NCBI GenBank assembly: GCA_050744085.1
Contig: JBOGGU010000022.1
Span: 1-27,613, forward strand
Reading direction: 5' to 3'
DNA: 27,613 bases
Source of the DNA: Acidimicrobiales bacterium
GTDB taxonomy: Bacteria; Actinomycetota; Acidimicrobiia; Acidimicrobiales; JAJPHD01
Part shown: positions 24,993 through 27,613 of the stretch, piece after piece
Layout of the letters: each line of letters begins with the position of its first letter
Numbering within the stretch: the first letter of the stretch is position 1
The notes under the pieces: generated by a model
The model's input: only the letters and a program-made list of their open reading frames with translations
The model's database searches: none
Told to the model about the DNA's origin: nothing
Program-made: the position numbers and the translations under genes

Positions 24993-25045
24993 TGGAGCGG
25001 ACGATGGGATTCGAACCCGCGACCCCAACCTTGGCAAGGTTGGGA
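24993..25045 (-). other. 3-prime half of tRNA-Gly(GCC), from the anticodon stem through the T-arm and acceptor 3-prime strand to an encoded CCA; no matching 5-prime half. Likely an att-site remnant.
   Basis: Minus strand reads CCAACC-TTGCCAA-GGTTGG (anticodon loop with GCC) -GGTC-GCGGG-TTCGAAT-CCCAT-CGTCCGC-T-CCA. One T-stem mismatch. Upstream sequence cannot form a D-arm or acceptor stem. Confidence 0.6.
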
Positions 25046-25379
25046 TTTCTGAGATGTAGGGGCTTTGCACTCAGCCATTTGCCCAGGTAGAGAGGTTGAT
25101 ATTTGGTGGGCTGGGCGCCAACACCCGCTCCTATCCCACACAGATCCCACAAGCCGTCAAGTTTTTGGGTCCGGCCTGACCCTCGATGGAGGACCCCAAC
25201 AGGTCATCCGAATCGAGGAAGGATGGTGTGCGTGCCCGTTTCCAGCCAGACGACATTCGTCTCGCCCGGTCGCACCTCGGCGCGTAGGTGAACACTGCCC
25301 GGCCGTCAGCGGCCCAGCTCACCTAGAAGCAGCCGGGATCCCTGCGATACCTTTGAAGCCGAGCCCGTAGTCTCTTCGC

Positions 25380-25598
25380 CTACAGCGCCATCGCGGCTAC
25401 GTCCACGCTTTCGGGGTCGGGGATCGGCAGTCCGTCCGCGGCGAGGCCTTCGAGGTGGAACGGAATGCCCTCGCGGATGAGCTGTTCGACCTCGGCGCGG
25501 GTCTGTCCGGCGACGCCGAGACCGGGAAGGGCAGGTACGTAGGCGCTCCAACCGGTCGATGTGCGTTCGTAGACGACGCTCCAGGTGGTCACCGGCAC
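25380..25598 (-). CDS. hicB: HicB family antitoxin (UPF0150-type, short form)
   Basis: ...VVYERTSTGWSAYVPALPGLGVAGQTRAEVEQLIREGIPFHLEGL... GTG start preceded by AGAGAGGAGGGG and overlapping the hicA stop. Confidence 0.6.
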   Translation of the reverse strand: MPVTTWSVVYERTSTGWSAYVPALPGLGVAGQTRAEVEQLIREGIPFHLEGLAADGLPIPDPESVDVAAMAL

Positions 25599-25841
25599 CC
25601 CTCCTCTCTGTCGATGCCAGCTTGGCGGAAGATGCTCCCCAGCGTACCGGGGGCCATCTCGTCGCTGGGCCCTGCCGGCCACCGTGACCTTGCCAGGCTT
25701 TGCGGGATGGCGGTCCTGACGATGGCTGCCTCGTTGGCCGACGAAGTACCAGCCGTCCTGCTGCAGGAGCCTTATCACGTCTCGGATCTTCACAGGGTAT
25801 CCAACAGGGTCATTCGAGATCTCTCCGAGACTGCGCTGCAC
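25589..25841 (-). pseudogene. hicA: HicA family mRNA-interferase toxin, frameshifted at a GGGCCC run
   Basis: The N-terminal part (...KIRDVIRLLQQDGWYFVGQRGSHRQDRHPAKPGKVTVAG) is in the hicB frame. The conserved C-terminus (SDEMAPGTLGSIFRQAGI) is in the +1 frame and ends at a TGA overlapping the hicB GTG. A single-nucleotide change in agggcccag would fix it. Confidence 0.55.
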
Positions 25842-25869
25842 CAGACGCTATCGGTACGGTGGAACCTGC

Positions 25870-26088
25870 TCAACCTGAGGCTCTGACCTTCTGACGGTTG
25901 AGGTCGAGCCAGGCCGCGATCTCGGCCGGGTCGAATCGGACGAAGGCTCCCACCTTCACGTAAGGGATCCGACGCTCCGCGATCAAACCCCGAACGTGGC
26001 GCTCGCTGGTCCCGAGGCACTCCGCCAGCCCGGCGATGTCCAGCAGCCTTGGGACCACAGGATTGGGCCTCTGGTCACGCGTAGGCAT
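25870..26088 (-). CDS. excisionase-family helix-turn-helix DNA-binding protein (Xis/AlpA-like)
   Basis: LLDIAGLAECLGTSERHVRGLIAERRIPYVKVGAFVRFDPAEIAAWL matches the pattern of excisionase-type MerR-like HTH. Confidence 0.65.
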   Translation of the reverse strand: MPTRDQRPNPVVPRLLDIAGLAECLGTSERHVRGLIAERRIPYVKVGAFVRFDPAEIAAWLDLNRQKVRASG

Positions 26089-26250
26089 CGGGCTTGACTC
26101 CTTGGTAATCGGCAGGTCTGGGCCGCGCCCGATGCCTCTTGCGGAGTCGGTTGCACGCCTCGCTGACCGGCACCACGTCGCCGGCGTTGGCGTCCTGGAC
26201 CCGGCGGACCAAGGTCAGCGCGTCCGGATCACGTGTTCGCAGGCCGAATT

Positions 26251-26299
26251 ATGCACTGCATATGTCCCCAACTAATGACAAGGATGGGATTAGTTGGGG
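26251..26299. promoter_or_regulatory. two adjacent palindromes upstream of the xis-like gene: ATGCA-c-TGCAT, and an 11-bp perfect inverted repeat CCCCAACTAAT...ATTAGTTGGGG with a 12-nt loop
   Basis: Seen directly in the 370-bp non-coding gap between divergent genes. Confidence 0.35.
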
Positions 26300-26458
26300 C
26301 GGAGGGCCGGTTCGGGCTGGGGGCGAGCCCTCTCAAGAACCCGTACACCACGCTGAGCCACACTGGTCGGGGTGGCCAGGCCCGCTGGGCCCTCCGGTGG
26401 GGACAGCCAAGAGCAGTGCGGGCGACCTCCCCTCGCGAAAGTGAGGTAGGATGGCCAG

Positions 26459-26662
26459 GTGACCACGCACGAGCAGGTGTTTGACGAGTTCGAACAGCTG
26501 ATTGACCGGGCCGGCTCAGGCGCACGATCCCTCTTCAGCGTCTATGAGCCACTGGAGGTGGCGTACCGCCAAGCAACGGCTTCAAGGGAACACTTCTCCG
26601 AGGTGACCAACTCCACCACCCTGGCCCGGTCGTTCATCATCACCACCCACTCAGCCAGGTAG
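26459..26662 (+). CDS. hypothetical small protein (67 aa)
   Basis: GTG start with AGGTAGGATGG-type SD upstream. No recognisable family. Confidence 0.3.
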   Translation: MTTHEQVFDEFEQLIDRAGSGARSLFSVYEPLEVAYRQATASREHFSEVTNSTTLARSFIITTHSAR

Positions 26663-26766
26663 CAGGTGTGCCATCCGACCTGGCGACAGCTCTTCTGCGC
26701 TGCGCGGGTGGAGGCGCTATCCTGGTCTGAGGTCCTTGCTCACCGATCCTTGCTTGGAGGAGAGCG

Positions 26767-26949
26767 ATGTCGATAACAGACGAAGCGCTGGCGGCGCAAC
26801 CCGCGATCCAGCCTCCCGTGGGTACAGACCCCGACTGGGCGGAGAAGGTGGCGTTGGCCACCCGTGAGCGATTGGCGGCCGCCGAGCGTTGGAAGGGCAA
26901 GCCCCCAACCGCTCCGCAGACTTGGCCCATCATCCTGCGACACGGGTGA
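26767..26949 (+). CDS. hypothetical small protein (60 aa), translationally coupled to the downstream protease gene
   Basis: GGAGGAGAG RBS 3 nt before ATG. The stop TGA overlaps the GTG start of the next gene (GTGA). Confidence 0.4.
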   Translation: MSITDEALAAQPAIQPPVGTDPDWAEKVALATRERLAAAERWKGKPPTAPQTWPIILRHG

Positions 26950-27497
26950 ACGACGAACCCACTCAGTCACCGCTCTTCCATGCCGAGCACGCCGACAGGT
27001 ACGCCCGCCAAGCGCTGATCGCCCAGTACGAGGAGACGTACGCCTGCCGACTCATCGTCGTGTTCGATGCGCTTCTCGACTATTCGGTCAACTTCCTGGA
27101 AGACCTCGTCTACGACGCCAACCCCTCGATGGACATGCATGTCATGCTTGCCACCCCGGGAGGCGACGGAGAGTCGGCGCTACGGATGGTTCGGTCCGTG
27201 CAGGCGCGCTGTCGCGAGCTGACAGTGTTGGTGCCCGACCGGGCCAAGAGCGCCGGGACCATCTTTGCCCTGGGTGCGCATCACATCTTGATGGGCCCTA
27301 CCAGCGACCTCGGCCCGGTGGATCCCCAACTCGTCCTCGACGCGACCAGGAACGTCCTTGTGCCGGCCAAGGACCTGATAGCGGCGGTCGAGGCGGCGAC
27401 TGAAGCCGTCCAGGCGAAACCTGCGACCTTTCCGGTCTCATCGCGAAAGTGCGTGGCCGGAGGCGGCTTGACTGGTCCCCAACATTATGCCACATGA
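26946..27497 (+). CDS. SDH-family (S49/ClpP-crotonase fold) serine proteinase-like protein
   Basis: LIVVFDALLDY...MLATPGGDGESALRMV...LVPDRAKSAGTIFALGAHHILMGPTSDLGPVDPQ is a Clp-fold S49-like core with nucleophile Ser in KSAG. The track ORF starts at 26889. At 183 aa it is shorter than typical family members. Confidence 0.55.
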   Translation: MNDEPTQSPLFHAEHADRYARQALIAQYEETYACRLIVVFDALLDYSVNFLEDLVYDANPSMDMHVMLATPGGDGESALRMVRSVQARCRELTVLVPDRAKSAGTIFALGAHHILMGPTSDLGPVDPQLVLDATRNVLVPAKDLIAAVEAATEAVQAKPATFPVSSRKCVAGGGLTGPQHYAT

Positions 27498-27613
27498 CGG
27501 TACGGGCGTGCGCGATGGGGGAGCCGAGGCGCTGGCATGGCGGGTGAGCAGGTGGCGGGCGGAACTGGCTGGAAGTGGACCACTATCACAGGTTGCATGG
27601 CCCGGGCGAACCA

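Larger units (their letters stand above)
25046..27613. mobile_element. putative edge of a tRNA-Gly-integrated genomic island or prophage remnant (continues beyond the window)
   Basis: Bounded on the left by the tRNA 3-prime fragment. Carries hicAB, an excisionase-family HTH gene, and small unknown ORFs. Orientation fits an intact tRNA plus integrase to the right of the window. Confidence 0.35.

Noticed and set aside
24993-25095. Possibility of a complete tRNA-Gly gene here
   Set aside because: Only the anticodon arm, variable loop, T-arm and acceptor 3-prime strand are present. The upstream 30-100 nt cannot form an acceptor 5-prime strand (needs GCGGACG or a wobble variant at the right distance) or a D-arm.
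24409-25152. 247-aa minus-strand ORF spanning the tRNA fragment
   Set aside because: It translates straight through the tRNA-like sequence and the TrkA-C 5-prime region. No RBS, and Arg/Gly/Pro-rich.

Overview
This is a high-GC (roughly 70%) actinobacterial-type chromosomal segment. It is mostly core genes, in this order: a GMC oxidoreductase; two adjacent type II toxin-antitoxin modules; a MerR-regulated DHA2 MFS efflux operon; the phosphatidylinositol/PIM genes pgsA and patA; an EF-G-like GTPase; a decaying ABC-2 transporter; the divergent pair MarR/YceI; an NfuA-like Fe-S protein; an ATP-grasp enzyme; an NfeD-like/flotillin pair; iscS-mnmA; a membrane-anchored alpha/beta-hydrolase operon; galT; and an acyl-CoA dehydrogenase remnant. 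The right end, from about 25 kb on, looks like the edge of an integrated element. It holds a 3-prime half of tRNA-Gly(GCC) acting as an att-site remnant, a hicAB module, an excisionase-family HTH gene, and a small-ORF plus SDH-family Clp-fold protease operon. Other points of note: a glutamine synthetase type II C-terminal remnant; at least three frameshifts, all at G/C homopolymers, which may be sequencing errors; in-frame short tandem repeats in many housekeeping genes, including a 12-bp x7 repeat that gives PgsA a low-complexity tail; a MerR-type dyad in front of the MFS gene; repeated GTGA/ATGA start-stop overlaps; and several long perfect hairpins. Many long antisense ORFs in the six-frame track are high-GC shadow ORFs and were not called.
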